DNA of 63,274 nt, filler included, from Rhabdomonas costata (GCA_019059605.1; 45 parts of 45 records of this genome joined end to end with filler, not necessarily neighbours in it); one strand, 5' to 3'; positions 25,817 through 39,546 are shown, counted from the whole stretch's first letter. Made by a program: numbers and translations. The notes: generated from the sequence alone by a model not told the origin.

Positions 25817-26665
25817 GCGGTATGGCTGGACTGGACAGCAGGGCAGGCAGCAGCACCAGCAGCAGGAGCAGGCCAAGGAGGCCGAATTTGCGGCCAAGGT
25901 GCAGGCCTTTGAGCTGCAGAGGGCTGCCCACGAGAGGTGTCGCCCTTAAAGTGGTTGATGGCTTTGGATCAGCACCCGTGCTCAAGAGCCTTACACATTC
26001 TCTCTGTGCTACTTTTGGCGCAGGGAGCAAGTGGCGCGGCGCAACCGGTTCCAAGAGCTGCAGCAGGATGAGGCTTGGAAGCAGGCCAATCTGAGGTGCT
26101 GCCCGAGCTGCAAGCGGCCCATCGAGAAAGTGGCGGGGTGTGACTTAATGGTCTGCGGCAGGAACTACCACGGTGGGGACCAACAGGTGTGGTGGCATCG
26201 GCTGTCTGGTGCAGGATCACTTCTGTCATCAGTGTGCTCTGGGAAACGTGCTAAAATCCATGCGGCATGTAGCTCAAGGCAGGTGGGTGGGCATCACGGC
26301 CGTTGGGATGTGTCTCGGACTTCGATGCCTCTGTTCCCTTCCGTATCACCCCTTCCATTCTTTTGGAAAATCTTCAGAATGGCTGCGGGCACAACTTCAA
26401 CTGGACCCAGGCCCTGCCCTATTCCGCCTCGGTAGCACACCTAACCCCGGATTTTGGGGCCTTTACCGGGGAGGCCCCCAAGGCCGACGCCCGGCTCAGC
26501 CATGGCGAGTACCTGAGGTGCGATTTCTGCCACCTCCCCGTGGCTGGGCTGCTGTTTCAGTGCCTCAACTGCCCATGCTTCAACCTCTGCTCCGGGTGCG
26601 AGCCCAGGCTGCACTCCCAGGACGCCCATCCGCCGTCCCATATCTTCCGCATCCACAACACCCAC
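25817..26665 (+). CDS. RBR-type E3 ligase fragment (IBR/RING2-like) followed by a ZZ zinc finger (exons ending 25936, 26024-26186, 26378-26665)
   Basis: CPSCKRPIEKVAGCDLMVCG...GCGHNFNW and CDFCHLPVAGLLFQCLNCPCFNLCSGCE...HPPSHIF; canonical introns. Confidence 0.9.
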
Positions 26666-27222
26666 NNNNNNNNNNNNNNNNNNNNNNNNNNNNNNNNNNN
26701 NNNNNNNNNTTAATTAATTAANNNNNNNNNNNNNNNNNNNNNNNNNNNNNNNNNNNNNNNNNNNNGTTGGGAGTCTATCTGTTCTGAGGGTAGTGTGGCA
26801 AGAAAGCAAAAACAGCAAGCCACAGCCAACAACCAGCCTGCGCGCGCGGAGGGTGGAGTGGTGCTCGCCCAGAGAAAGACCCACCAGGCTGAGGAGTTAA
26901 CAGCAACCAAATACCAATGGAAAAGCAGGATAATACGTCCTGCTTTACTTCATTGAATGCTTCATATAAGGAGGTGAGACCGCGCCGAAGATCCTAATAA
27001 TAATATCGGGTGAAAATCGACAAGACCTGAAACTGATGGGTGGAGAACATGACTAGGAAGAAACAGATGAAAAGGAACTCAATAGAATAGGAAGGGGCAG
27101 GATGCGCAAGGATTGAATGGGAAAAATATCCTTGGCATCGGAGTGGAATCGGTGAGATCGGGATGGCATTCCCGCCTTTGCTGTAAACAAAAACAATGCG
27201 GAATAAGGATGACATGCACATA

Positions 27223-27552
27223 CCAAAGCGAGACGGGCAGCATAGGCAGCACCCAGGAGTAGGCCGAGGTGTTGATCCCCACGGCCTGCTTGCTCTTGTC
27301 GTCCACCAAAAACACCATTGTCGCCGGCACCTTCACTGAAACCACGCAGGTGAGGGAGCGGGCGGACGGAGCGGGGGAGGATGTGCTTGCCACCTTCCCA
27401 CCCGACGATGAGGTGACAGACGAGGGCCTAGCCCTCTCCTCAGAAAGGTCCATGCGGACCTGCCGCGCCTGGAAGGCACCGATGAAGTATCCGACCCCCC
27501 ACAGACCGCTGTAGGCCAGCATCCGAGCTCCGCTACCCATTCCAGGGTGCAA
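27223..27552 (-). CDS. Hypothetical, possibly membrane protein exon
   Basis: GC3-rich open frame with hydrophobic segments; boundaries approximate and no family recognised. Confidence 0.4.
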
Positions 27553-30500
27553 GTTGCGGTCGTGGGCAAGGATGTAGGCAGGTGGGCGCCGATAGCACTG
27601 AAATCGTGGCCAGAAAAAAAGAACAACGCAAGTTGCCGCGGGAGAAGTTTAGCTGGTGACGCTTAGATGAATGCAGAGAAAGCCGTTGACACCTGCACTC
27701 ATGAGCGCAGGGAAAAAATCGGACAATTGGAGCAGGCGGAAAGAAGCAAAACGGCTTCAGAAAAAACGAAAAAAAAACGACCATGCTAATCCTGGCATCG
27801 AGGATTACGACGTGCTCGACTCCTGAGGTTAGCTGGCACTGCTTTCGGCATTTTTCAGACACACTGAAAAGCGTGAGCTGAAGACGATTCGAAATTCGCA
27901 AGTCACAGCATTTCGGAGCGGAGCAGGCCGATGGGCATCCAGAACCAAACGAGTTTTGTGGGGACAGACCTTGAGACCCTCTTGACAGCAAAAAAAACCT
28001 ACTTGTCTCAGTGTCAAAGACTGCTCTGTGACAACATCACACTGCGGGTAAAGCGCAACCCCGGCTACCCCAAANNNNNNNNNNNNNNNNNNNNNNNNNN
28101 NNNNNNNNNNNNNNNNNNTTAATTAATTAANNNNNNNNNNNNNNNNNNNNNNNNNNNNNNNNNNNNNNNNNNNNGAGGCAGCTGGAGGGGTTTTCGGCTT
28201 TCCCTGCATACTTCCATTATTTTTTTTATACAAGTTCAGTCTCTTCCTCACTTCCAGACGTGTCTACGTGTGCTGACCATTTCTCTTTTTCTCTTTCATG
28301 CCATAGGCTTCTACTCAATTCTTGACGTCTTTTCCTGCATTTCACTGCCATTTTTACCCAACCACTCCAGTAATGTCCCTCCCACCCACGCACCTTCTAA
28401 ACGCATTGCTCTAGCTTTCTTGCGGGTTTTGGGTTGCAGGCATCCATCTGCAATGCGTGCATGCCTGCATAGCGGGCCATGCGGGCGTTGAAAAAGGGAC
28501 TCCTGGTGCCTCAGCTGGCTCGCCCTTTTCACTCCTTGCTCTTATTGATGGCGGATGCATGGATGCAAAATGGTTTCTCGGTGGGTTCCATGGCCTCCAC
28601 ACCCAAAGTGGTTCCGCAGTCCAGTCCAAGAAGGGATGTGCTGGATCCCGCTTTGGCTTGCGATTTTGTCTCCTTCCCACTGGTAGCCCCGTTTTCCCCC
28701 TGTCCCAGGAACAACGCGCCACGAGACTCCGGCGGGCTTGGCAAAGGGAACAGGTGTGCACCCGCTCGACGCCCCACATCCTCGCTATCTCCCACATTCC
28801 GACGACATATTGATTGGTGGGGGCCTATGCTATGGTATTTCCTACCTCTTTTTTTTTGGCATTCTTCTGTTGCGGTGGGTCCCCTCTATCGGGCCTTCAT
28901 TGACCATGAGACCCAGGGCTGCATGTGAGCATATTGTTTGGGTGTATTCTGGTTTGCAATGTCAGCCTGGTCGATGGTGGTGGTGCCCTCTCGATTTCCC
29001 TCAGACCCAGAGCCGTGGTTGTGACTCCTTTGTTTTTTGAACTTTGTTCAGGCTTTGCTTGAGCTGCCGAGGCTGGCGGCTACTGAGGGGCCTTCCTGGT
29101 GGGGACTCCATCCCAAGGCCTCAAGGAGGAAAACCCCTGTGTCGATCCGCAAAACCATTGGCACCCTCTACCGGATCATCGACCCCAATGAGGGGGGGCG
29201 GAAACCTATTCTTCTGTGAGGCGCACTGACGACTGTTGTCACACTACTGCACTGCACAGTGAGGTGAACTGGAAGGAAATTCCTCCCCGCGATCGAATCG
29301 AATGTCAGGAGCATTATTTGTGCAAAGAAAGAGTCGAGAGATAGGATCCTGGGGAGCAGCATAGCCGTTTGACGGATTCTTCTGATTTCCTTCGGAAACT
29401 TCAGTTTTTCCAACAGGGCACAAAGCATCACAGCAACAAAGCCGAGGGGAAACCGGAGGAAACCACCAAAACAANNNNNNNNNNNNNNNNNNNNNNNNNN
29501 NNNNNNNNNNNNNNNNNNTTAATTAATTAANNNNNNNNNNNNNNNNNNNNNNNNNNNNNNNNNNNNNNNNNNNNGTGTTGGGTGTGGTTGGTGTTGTGGG
29601 GGCACGGGTTGACCGCGCTTTTGGAGAGAGGGGGGGGGGCATTGCCATGAACGATTGTGATGGTGGTCAGTTGACTTTGAAACTGGCTCCCTTTGTTTGA
29701 AAATCTTAATTAAGGCGGGTCGAAGGCATGCTGCTCACAAGGATGGGGGGGGCCCTGGAAACACCGTCGCGCCGTAAAAGAAAAAAGCATTGAAAGAATT
29801 GACCGCTGACCCATTACCCAGTTCTCTGGCTTCCCTCCTGCAATTTCCCTTCACTCTCAGGGCTCACCTCCTTCTCGCCAGCACTGGCTGGAGCACGAAA
29901 ACGAGCCCTGCACTGTGCAGAAATTTGTCCGTGTGGCCAAGGAAAAGGTAAGTCTGGCGTGGCGCAGAGTCGCTGTTGGTTCACTCTCCCTACTTCCGGG
30001 AAATCTCCTTTGTGTCATCCAACCTTTGGAATGCGTCCTAGAGATGCCCTTTGCTCGATGCGTGTGCGCGTTATCAACCTGATAGGTGATTTCTACATGA
30101 TGTGTTGTGTCTCAAAGCAATGCTAAAGGGGACGTCTTCAGTGGAAACAAACCTCGCGTGACAACAGTTCAATTGGATTACCATCCGGAAGTCACCTCTG
30201 GGGGTGTTGGCTAGATCGTTGTTTATCGCTGCGTCCGCAGCTGGTCTTGCTCCTGACTCGTCCTTGTGCAGCCCAAAAGGGTCTCGGGGTCGCACAGCAT
30301 CGGCTTTGGGTGGTTTGGAGAGCTGTGGAAATATTATCATGGGATGCTTAGTGATTTGGTGGGAGCCGTAAATTTGTATAGTCGTATCATCGTATGTTTG
30401 TTTGTGGAAAGGACCACTCACGGACAACTGTACCAGGGCAGGACGTCTGAGTAACCCAAGCCTAGAAGCAAAGAGCAGCCAATGGCCCAGTAGCGCTGGG

Positions 30501-33015
30501 TAACCACAGATAGTTGGATGCCTTTCTAACTGCTCCCATGAGGTTTCATAACGTCATCCGGCCAGCAAAAAAAAGGGCTGTGCGCGGCCCCCAAAAGGGC
30601 CACTGAGGTGATAGTTTTGATCGATGCCCGTTGCGCGGTTCCTCCAGAGAAACCCTCTCGTGTGCAAACATACAATGGATTGGTTGTTCCCGGGGGGAGC
30701 GGAGGGGGGACTCGCTTGCTCGCTCCCCTTGCTTCAGGCCGGGGTGAAGTCCGAGGTCCCAAGGGCCCTACACGCTCTGTGGGCCGAAGTGTTTGTGAAG
30801 CACATGGTGCTCGGCAGAGTCTCTGTCCCTAACCTTTACCGCGCGGTGCGCCGTTATGCCCCCCGCCGACCCCCAATCGCCACNNNNNNNNNNNNNNNNN
30901 NNNNNNNNNNNNNNNNNNNNNNNNNNNTTAATTAATTAANNNNNNNNNNNNNNNNNNNNNNNNNNNNNNNNNNNNNNNNNNNNGGTTTGGTGGGGCAGTA
31001 AACACAAACGACATCTTCACACCAAGATTATCTTTTTATTAAACTTCGAAGAAAAGACACTTGCACAATTGGACGTTGCCTCCTGTCTATTTCCCTTCTC
31101 TCAATGTTTTCTGTATCAAAAATCACACATGTTTGAATGAAAAAATATTCGATAAATAGTGCTCAAAACCTCGCTAATGGTCCATTTCGAGACAATTGCA
31201 GGATCGTCAGGAAAGTCCTCCATCCCTGTAGTAAGTTTGTAATTCTTACGCCTGCATTTTTCACTGCCTCTTGAGGCTTGCGTGGTAAACGGTGCACATC
31301 AGAGCTCAATAATTTTTCATTTTTTGTAGTAATTAATTAATTATATTGTGTGTATGTATTTGAGTTTATTTTCATTGGGGCGCTGGACCTGGCATGCGGT
31401 GTGGTGAGCATTGATAAGATTGCCAGGAATGTGCAATTTCCAGGTGTTTAGGCATGCTGTAAAAATCCACCTCAGAAAATAACCCTCGAAGACCAGGCAA
31501 TAAGGGTATTTTATGGTCAATTTGCATGAGGATGTCAGGCATTGCCACAACTGTTACTGGCTCTCCCAGGTCAACTAAAGGGAAACGGGGCTTTTCAGGG
31601 TCTCTTTGTGAGTGGTATAATCGGTGGTTGTGGGACTAATTTAAGCATTATTTGACTCATTGTTTAACTTTTTTCGCTAACTACCTGTGATGGCATGTAA
31701 ATTACTTGCCTTCGAAATTTTTTTCACCTGCAGGCGGTTAACACGGAGCGAAGCGACGCCGTAGGCAAATAACTGGAAGGTTATGGTACAAATCTATTGT
31801 TTTTTGTGCCCTTCGCCATCTAACAAAGACCGTTTCGAAAACACATCACACAGTAAAAATTGGCTAATAATTCGCCGCCGAGTGTGTGTTGGAGCTTCAT
31901 CAGGGAGCTCTTCCCCGTTCCTCATTTCAGCTCCCTCTGTTTGCTGTTTCTGTTAGCTACGTCATCGCCAAGTCGCTCATTGCCAACCCTTATACAACAT
32001 TTACCCCTAAGTAATTTTTTTCTGCCCTCCCCTCCCCCGAAAAGCAAAATCGGACCCTTCTGGGGTTGCTGAACAACGCATATACGCCCTCTTTCCCAAG
32101 TGGTCCCACGTAGCCGTCGCCTTGTGTTTGCGTCGCCATCTAACCCCCTGTAAAAAATTCTTGTTGGCATGCCCGGTGTCAAACGGATTTTTGCACTCCC
32201 CCTCCTCTCTTCGGTTTTTATGGGAGTGTTTATGGGACTGGGTGGCCCATTGTGGAACATGGACCACCCAGTCCCATAAACACCCCCAAACCNNNNNNNN
32301 NNNNNNNNNNNNNNNNNNNNNNNNNNNNNNNNNNNNTTAATTAATTAANNNNNNNNNNNNNNNNNNNNNNNNNNNNNNNNNNNNNNNNNNNNGGTTTGTG
32401 GGGATAATCGTCCGTTCCACTTCCCATGTCGTGATATTCTCCGCGTCAGGTCCAAAGTCAGCGAACTCGGGAAAAGCTCAAAGCGTACAAGCAAGAAGAC
32501 ACCTTTTGAGCGGGTAGTCAGCGGAAAAGTGTTGCCTTTGGATCCCTTTTTTGCCTCTGTAAGTCCGAATTCGTACATTTTAATGCACAGCGAGTAAGAA
32601 TTTTTGCTTTTGAGGTGACGTGGGCAATATTTCTGGCAAGCATTTTGGGGACCTTTTTTTTCTTGTCCTGGAGGGGGTGGTGTGCGAAGCAAGCATGATG
32701 GAGGTTGCCGTGATACCACCTATTCCCCTCGTATAAAATATAAATCGAGGGTTTGCTGGGGGCTGCCGGACTCCTTATCCGACCTATAGACCCCAAAGGG
32801 CAAGCTACAGCGCAGCCGGACACCTCAAGGCCCCATGGACCGCTTATGGGACACTCCCTTACACACACACACACAAAGAGGTGGGGCCTGGCTGAACAAT
32901 GGTGCCTTTGTGTGGCTGCGCGAGCATGTCCAGATAGGGTCATTTGAGGGACCCTTCTGAATGACACACACATGCACACACCCAAATCGTCTTTGTATGT
33001 GTCAATGGAACGCAG

Positions 33016-33135
33016 GTGGCGCAGGACTCCCTGGAGATGCTTCAGAAGAAGGTCGGTGAGAGGGCCACCCGGCTGCAGGCCGAGCAGGCGCTGTGCGCGC
33101 AGCTCCGGGAGGAGTGCGAAAGGATGGTCGCCGAG
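33016..33135 (+). CDS. Coiled-coil protein exon
   Basis: 120-nt exon bounded by CAG| and GAG|GT, reading VAQDSLEMLQKKVGERATRLQAEQALCAQLREECERMVAE. Confidence 0.65.
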
Positions 33136-34024
33136 GTTTGTCTGCGCATCTGCCGCTGCGCGTGCCCGTGTTCCAAAATGGAATGGTGATGTCAAAAAAA
33201 TTGAATTGAGCACTTCTCCACTGAAATGCATTATCGTAGGCTATCTGAGTCTTAATCTCCCTGCTTTACTCACCCTTCCGTGTTCTCTCATGTTGTTGAC
33301 CATGTTGTCGCGCTCCATATAAATCATTAACGACTTTCATAGTGTGAACGTTGGGGATGGGTAACATGCATTTTTTTTGCAGGTGGGTACCAAAAAAGTC
33401 CAAAAATCGGACCCTAATTGCCATATCTGCTATAGCTCCGCCTGGAGATGAAGAAGTAGAGGAAGTCGACCGGTATACCACACTCAGGACCCCAGCCGTC
33501 CAGTCAAGCTCAAGTTCTGATACCCCTCCCCTGGTTCCGGTCCCGAGGGTTGAGTGGGGTGAGAGGGTGGTTGCATTTTGGGAGGTCACCCAGTGAAGTG
33601 GGCGAAGGTTTGGGACAGGTGTAAATGAGGGTGGCCCCTGGAATAGGCCAGGTCCGGAGGCTCCAGCTAGGTGCTGATGGAAAACTCCATACCCCCCCCA
33701 CNNNNNNNNNNNNNNNNNNNNNNNNNNNNNNNNNNNNNNNNNNNNTTAATTAATTAANNNNNNNNNNNNNNNNNNNNNNNNNNNNNNNNNNNNNNNNNNN
33801 NTTTTTGTGGTATACAGTAGCACACTTCGCCTCCTGGAAGCCTAGTCTGGTCATATTTATCGGCCACTTCTTGTCCACGAGGTGAAGTGTGCTACTGTAT
33901 ATCACTAAAATCAAACCCTGGAGCAAAGCCTTTGTTCTTGAGCCCACCAAAGAAGCATTGAGGGACACATTGAGGGACTGGCCTGTGATAATCTGGGAAG
34001 GAGGAGGAAATGTGGGAAGCATTC

Positions 34025-34792
34025 CTTCATCGCAGGGATCCTGTGCTCGGTGTCGTGCTTGTACATCGCGATGCGGCCCAGGCACCGCACAAACCCCAGG
34101 AAGTCCAGCTGGGTGCCCTCCACTACTGCTGAGAAGATCTGCGAGAACTGCAGCGCATCCTCCCGGGCATCCTGGTGAAAAAAAGCGAGTGGAAGATAAC
34201 TTTTTATTGGGACAACACAATGAATGGGTATTGCGGTCATTTCCGTACAGCTCATGAGCTCGCGTATCATTGACTCAGTATCGCGGAGACATACTGCACT
34301 GTAAGTTGTAAGGTTGTAAACGACGGTTGCGGAATCACGGAAGCTCTTGATCGTGACCAGCAACGCCAAACCTGTTCCCTTGTAAAGCCCACTTCCTCGT
34401 GGAGCTGATGCCTCGGTCTTTTGGATTCGTGGTTTGCATATTAGCTTTAGAGCAAACGCTCGTTAACAGTCAGGTTCAACCTCGTCCCTGTGCCCTCAAG
34501 CACAGCGGTGTCGCAATAAGCGAGAGCAAAAAGGCAGTCTTGCTTAAGTGTGTATGTGTGTACGTGCGCGCGCGCGAATGTTGTCAATTGTACTCAATCG
34601 ACGTCATGGGACAGCTGAGTTAGGGAAGGGGCGCAGAGACGAGACCTTGCCCTTGCGGACCAGTCCGGCGTCATGGGTGAGCTGCAGGAAGGCGTCCAGG
34701 CTCATCCGGCCCTGAAACAGGGGCTCTCCACCGCCTAGCGTAGCGGCCCAGATCCGCCGAAGTGCGCGGCAGAAGTCAGGGTTCCGGAGGGC
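34025..34792 (-). CDS. EF-hand-like / p25-alpha-like domain protein fragment (exons 34792-34646, 34404-34372, 34171-34025)
   Basis: RMSLDAFLQLTHDAGLV and QIFSAV...LDFLGFVRCLGRIAMYK; phase-0 exons including a 33-nt microexon. Confidence 0.65.
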
Positions 34793-36198
34793 CTGAGCGG
34801 TATTTTTTTGTTTTCGCGGTCGGAAGAATCGTGGCATGAGCGCAAGGCCAGACCCAGACTCACCCGGACGCCATTGGCCTTAAAATGAGGAAGGGAACTG
34901 GGAATGCGACCATGGCATCGTATGTTCACCCCGGTTGGAAGTTCAAGTTGATTCGACTCAAGAGCACTTCAACACTTCAACAACCCATGCGATCACAGGT
35001 GATCCCTGCCGGAGTCCCAAAAAAAGTTGGTGGACTACCCGGGACTACCACTCTATTCATTCCACGCTGGAGGTGGCACAAAAAGACAGCGTGAGAGCTG
35101 CAAACCCCACNNNNNNNNNNNNNNNNNNNNNNNNNNNNNNNNNNNNNNNNNNNNTTAATTAATTAANNNNNNNNNNNNNNNNNNNNNNNNNNNNNNNNNN
35201 NNNNNNNNNNGGTTTTTTTTCCCGTAACGAAACGTAGCGTAGTGTAGGGTTTGGTGTATAGGCATGTCTGTGTGTGTCCGTGTGTGCCAATTTTACGTGG
35301 AGCTTTTTTTTGCGCGAAGTAGTAGCGAAGCCTCGGGGGAGGTGTTTGTCCTACCCCCAGGTTCGTGGTAGGAAGTCAGCCAATGGAGGTGGTCCGGACC
35401 GCCGACTCGAAGGCTGAAGGTAATTGGTAGCACTGGCGAAAAATGCCAACCCCCTTCCGGCGATTTCTTTTTCACAAAAACGCTAAAAATCGTGTTTATT
35501 GACTATGAACGAAGTAGACTTCCAGTCCAGCTCGGAAAAAGTGACCTATCCCCCCATTTTTGGGGTCGGGGAACAGGATACACACGGTTTGAAGCTTCGA
35601 ATCGACCACTTAGACCCTTACATTGGCCAATTTTTGACCGAAAATTGGCCCTTTTTGGCCTTCCTCGGTGGTACCCTGCAAGGGTCGAAAATGGGGTTCT
35701 GGGGGTGAAAAAATCGACCCCCCGGAAATCGACCCAACTTGATGGCTTGAGGTCGGGGATGCCGAAAAAACGCGTGCGGAACTTGTGCGGATTTGAGGGC
35801 TTCTCGAGGTTGTGGTGAGGGCCTTTGAGCCCATTTTCATTTAAAAACGGGCTTTTTGGCTCCAAAAAGGGGTCAGAAAGGGGTCAAATTGAGCGAAATT
35901 CGACTCCTTGGGCGAGAGAGAAATACGGTACCCAAAGGGTAATGGGAGGTATTTCCAACCACTCCGAGCCTGGTATAACTGGTATAAGGCCGCCAAACCA
36001 GGGGGCCACGTTGCTGTGGAGGTTATGTTTGTTGAACCCCTTTTGGGAAGGAGTTTGAGTAACTGAAGACTTTGAGGCCACGAGCCACTTCTTGGGGAAT
36101 GGTTTGGGAGACGCGATGCAAATGCTTTCGTGCGGTGTTTGCAGAGACCAAGAGAAGTGAGTATCGGGCTGTTGTGACCCATCTCCCCCAACCCCCAG

Positions 36199-36392
36199 GA
36201 TGTCGTGAGGAAGCTCCTGGACGACGGTAGTGGCGGCGCGGCAGGGCTTCTGTTGCCTATGGCGGGCTCCTCCAGGCTGGACTGCTCTGAGGCTGCGAAG
36301 ATGTCTCGCAGCCCCACCCCGCCGCGCAACCTCAGGCACTTCTTCCCCGCAGGAGGCTCCGACGCCTACTTCCCTGGGGACGCACGCAGCCG
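36199..36392 (+). CDS. Hypothetical protein exon
   Basis: GC-rich open frame after a CAG acceptor (DVVRKLLDDGSGG...), ending near CG|GTAC. Confidence 0.45.
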
Positions 36393-38209
36393 GTACATAG
36401 CTACCCAAACCCACCCGCTCCCCTGTTCCGCCACACATCACCTTCCCTTTTTTTGCGATTGCAAAAAAAAATATTTCGCCCTTTTCGATTCAGATGGGCG
36501 GGTGGGCATATGACACCANNNNNNNNNNNNNNNNNNNNNNNNNNNNNNNNNNNNNNNNNNNNTTAATTAATTAANNNNNNNNNNNNNNNNNNNNNNNNNN
36601 NNNNNNNNNNNNNNNNNNGGGGTTTTTTTCACTGAACTTCATCACAGGCATACCAGATCATGAAGTTCAGTGAAAAAGACCCTCAGCTACCTGTCACCAC
36701 ATGCAACACGGATCACTTCCTGCCTTGAATCTTTGCCTTACTGTTACAAATTGACAATTAGTTTAAGTCCTGTGTCCAGGAGAAGTACGCGACGTTTGCG
36801 TCGCCATCAGTGATTCAATGCAGTTGAACACGGTGAGGCACTAACAGCTCGATTCCGCACAAATTTCCTCCAATGAGCGGTCGCGGTCGCAATGTAACGT
36901 CTTTTATGGAAGAACAGTCGAGCGAAAATTCAGAAGGATCTGCTCAACTACAGAAAGGTTGCGCAGGTCTTCATCGAGAACTCTAGAATCGATGCAGAGA
37001 TCTTCAGAGCTACAGGAAGCAAAAAGAGCATATGGAGAGTCCACCTCCAACTCTTCTGCCTCCACCGAGAAGTCTCTGAAATCTTCAGCTTCTTCCATCT
37101 CCAGCAGACGACGCTACGAACAGATAGAGGGTCTCCGTATGCAAGAAAAAGTGAGGAGCATAGCATTTAGAAATAATGCAGGTACAAATGGCGACGATAC
37201 TGAAGAGACAGCAAATGTGGAGAGCTCGTGGACAAATGCAAACGCCGCTAGTCGCCCATTCATTGCGTGACTCCCGTGAAGAGACTGTTTTTACTACGCT
37301 GTAAAAACCACAAAACACAAGCCTTTTTATTCCACCACAGCTCCTAACCATCCCTTCCACCATCCTAGTCCACGAAGATTGATTCCACAGCTTGACTGTG
37401 GAATTTACGCCTCCACCTTCACATCTCTATGCTTCATCGCTCTTGTACGTCGCATCTTTTTAGCTGTTGCTCTCTAAGCTGCGTCCACTCATCATGATTT
37501 GGCGGCACTACATCATCAAAACCATGACTTTCTAGTACCGCGTAAGCTTCCAATCCCAAAGTCACAAACAATATATCATCATCACTTCTCATCAAATATA
37601 CCATCACCTCTCTTTCAACGTATCTGCAAAACGCTGAGACCGGAGCGATTCTTTTTACACCAAAACAGCAAGCAGAGGTCCAAAATGGCATGCTAACTGA
37701 AATGATTTTGTGTTACAGAATTACTTAACCATGTACGTATACATAAACGTTATAGTTACACGCGCATTTCTACATCACTCCAAAAGAAAAAAGTAATACC
37801 AGTGTTAAACAGCAGCAACTCTTTCTCGTGCACCCATCCGCCTGTTTCCACTCAACACAACTCAACGCTACCAGTTTTCTCTTTTGGATTGGTGCACCGT
37901 CCATACATTCATCTAACACACACCCCNNNNNNNNNNNNNNNNNNNNNNNNNNNNNNNNNNNNNNNNNNNNTTAATTAATTAANNNNNNNNNNNNNNNNNN
38001 NNNNNNNNNNNNNNNNNNNNNNNNNNGGTGGGGTGGGCATCATGGAGTGCAGCCGGGGTTTCCCGCTCGAGACAAATGGAGCGGGAAACCCCGGCTGCAC
38101 TCCATGATGCCCACTTCATCCCCAAATGAAAATGTCCCAATCCCAATCCCTGGGGAATCCAATGTAACCGCTGTGCACTGGAGAGGTCACATCACACCGA
38201 GCAGAAAAT

Positions 38210-38275
38210 GTATACTTACTGGGAATCGAACCCACATCATTGCATAGGAACCTTTTGCCACTGTTTCACAGCTGT
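38210..38275 (-). repeat. tRNA-derived (SINE-like or pseudo-tRNA) remnant
   Basis: The minus strand has a T-arm/B-box TGGG-TTCGATT-CCCA with a weak A-box upstream, but no full cloverleaf. Confidence 0.3.
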
Positions 38276-39546
38276 AACTTAGTAATGCAAGGGTGCAGGC
38301 GGACCATGACTTGGCATTTTTTGGGTCGTGCCGGTAGCTTAGCTATTTTTTGGGTTTGGCTGACGCCACAGGCGCCAAGCCAACTAGCAGGCTGGAAGCA
38401 AGACAGCTTTTGTGGTGCAGTCCTACCTGCTGCGCTGATCCAGCGTCCCATTCGATACCTGCACTTTGACACTGATTCATACAGAGATACCTATCCTTGA
38501 CCGCGATGCATTTATCAGTGATTGATATGCATGGCCATCCATCTTGTTCATCTAAAACACTGCCAAGGAAGATAATTGAGAGGTCGGACACATTGCAACG
38601 TAGTCGTTATATTCTTGTCACGGCTTTTCAAAAAAAACCATTTCGCCCTAACCCCGTTGTGCCACTCCCACAACCGCGGCGCTCCACACCAAGACTCAGG
38701 GACACCATGTTGCACTACATGTAGATGTGTTGTCAGGATTTCACATGAGCCAACCTTCCCAAGGAAGAGTTTGCACTTCAAATGCGTCGAATCCGTACCG
38801 TAAACTTCTTCGCTCAGTCTTTAACCTTATTTTGACCCTGGTCTTAACCCTGCGCCTCACGTCCGCTGTCCCCTCCCGTTCTGTTGGAGACGAAAGGTTG
38901 AAGGACTTTTGGCCATTCTTTCCTTCGGTGCTTTTGGCTTGTCATTTTCTTGAAGCTCTTCCATTACTTTTTCCAGCGGAAAAAGTAATGGAAGAGCGGG
39001 TCGTTTACCATGATCTGTGGCTTTCACACGCCTGGCTGATGCGGCGAATAGATCACTGTATATTTCCGCGTTTCGTGTTCGGGTTCACGTTCGTGGGCTG
39101 CATCTTTCTCCATCATGATGTCGCTGCTAACTGCCTTTTACCTCTCCCTTTAATCACTTGACACACCGCGGATTCCACACCACACAGGTGGACAGGTGGA
39201 GAAATAGTAAAGTCCACATCCCTGTTTTAGTCTTTGGCAATGGAACGACGATATCAGCGCGATGCCATTGGCGGGCGGAGGAGAGAGACGTCTGGATTTA
39301 GTTCGGAGATCTGGATTTCGGTGCCCCAAACAAAANNNNNNNNNNNNNNNNNNNNNNNNNNNNNNNNNNNNNNNNNNNNTTAATTAATTAANNNNNNNNN
39401 NNNNNNNNNNNNNNNNNNNNNNNNNNNNNNNNNNNGTTAGCTGTTTTGTTGATGATCAAGCAAAGAAAAAATCCGTTGGTTGGCCACGTCATTTTTTCAC
39501 TCTCCTCTCTCTCTCTCTCTGTTGGATCATTGTTTTTCGCTGCCAG

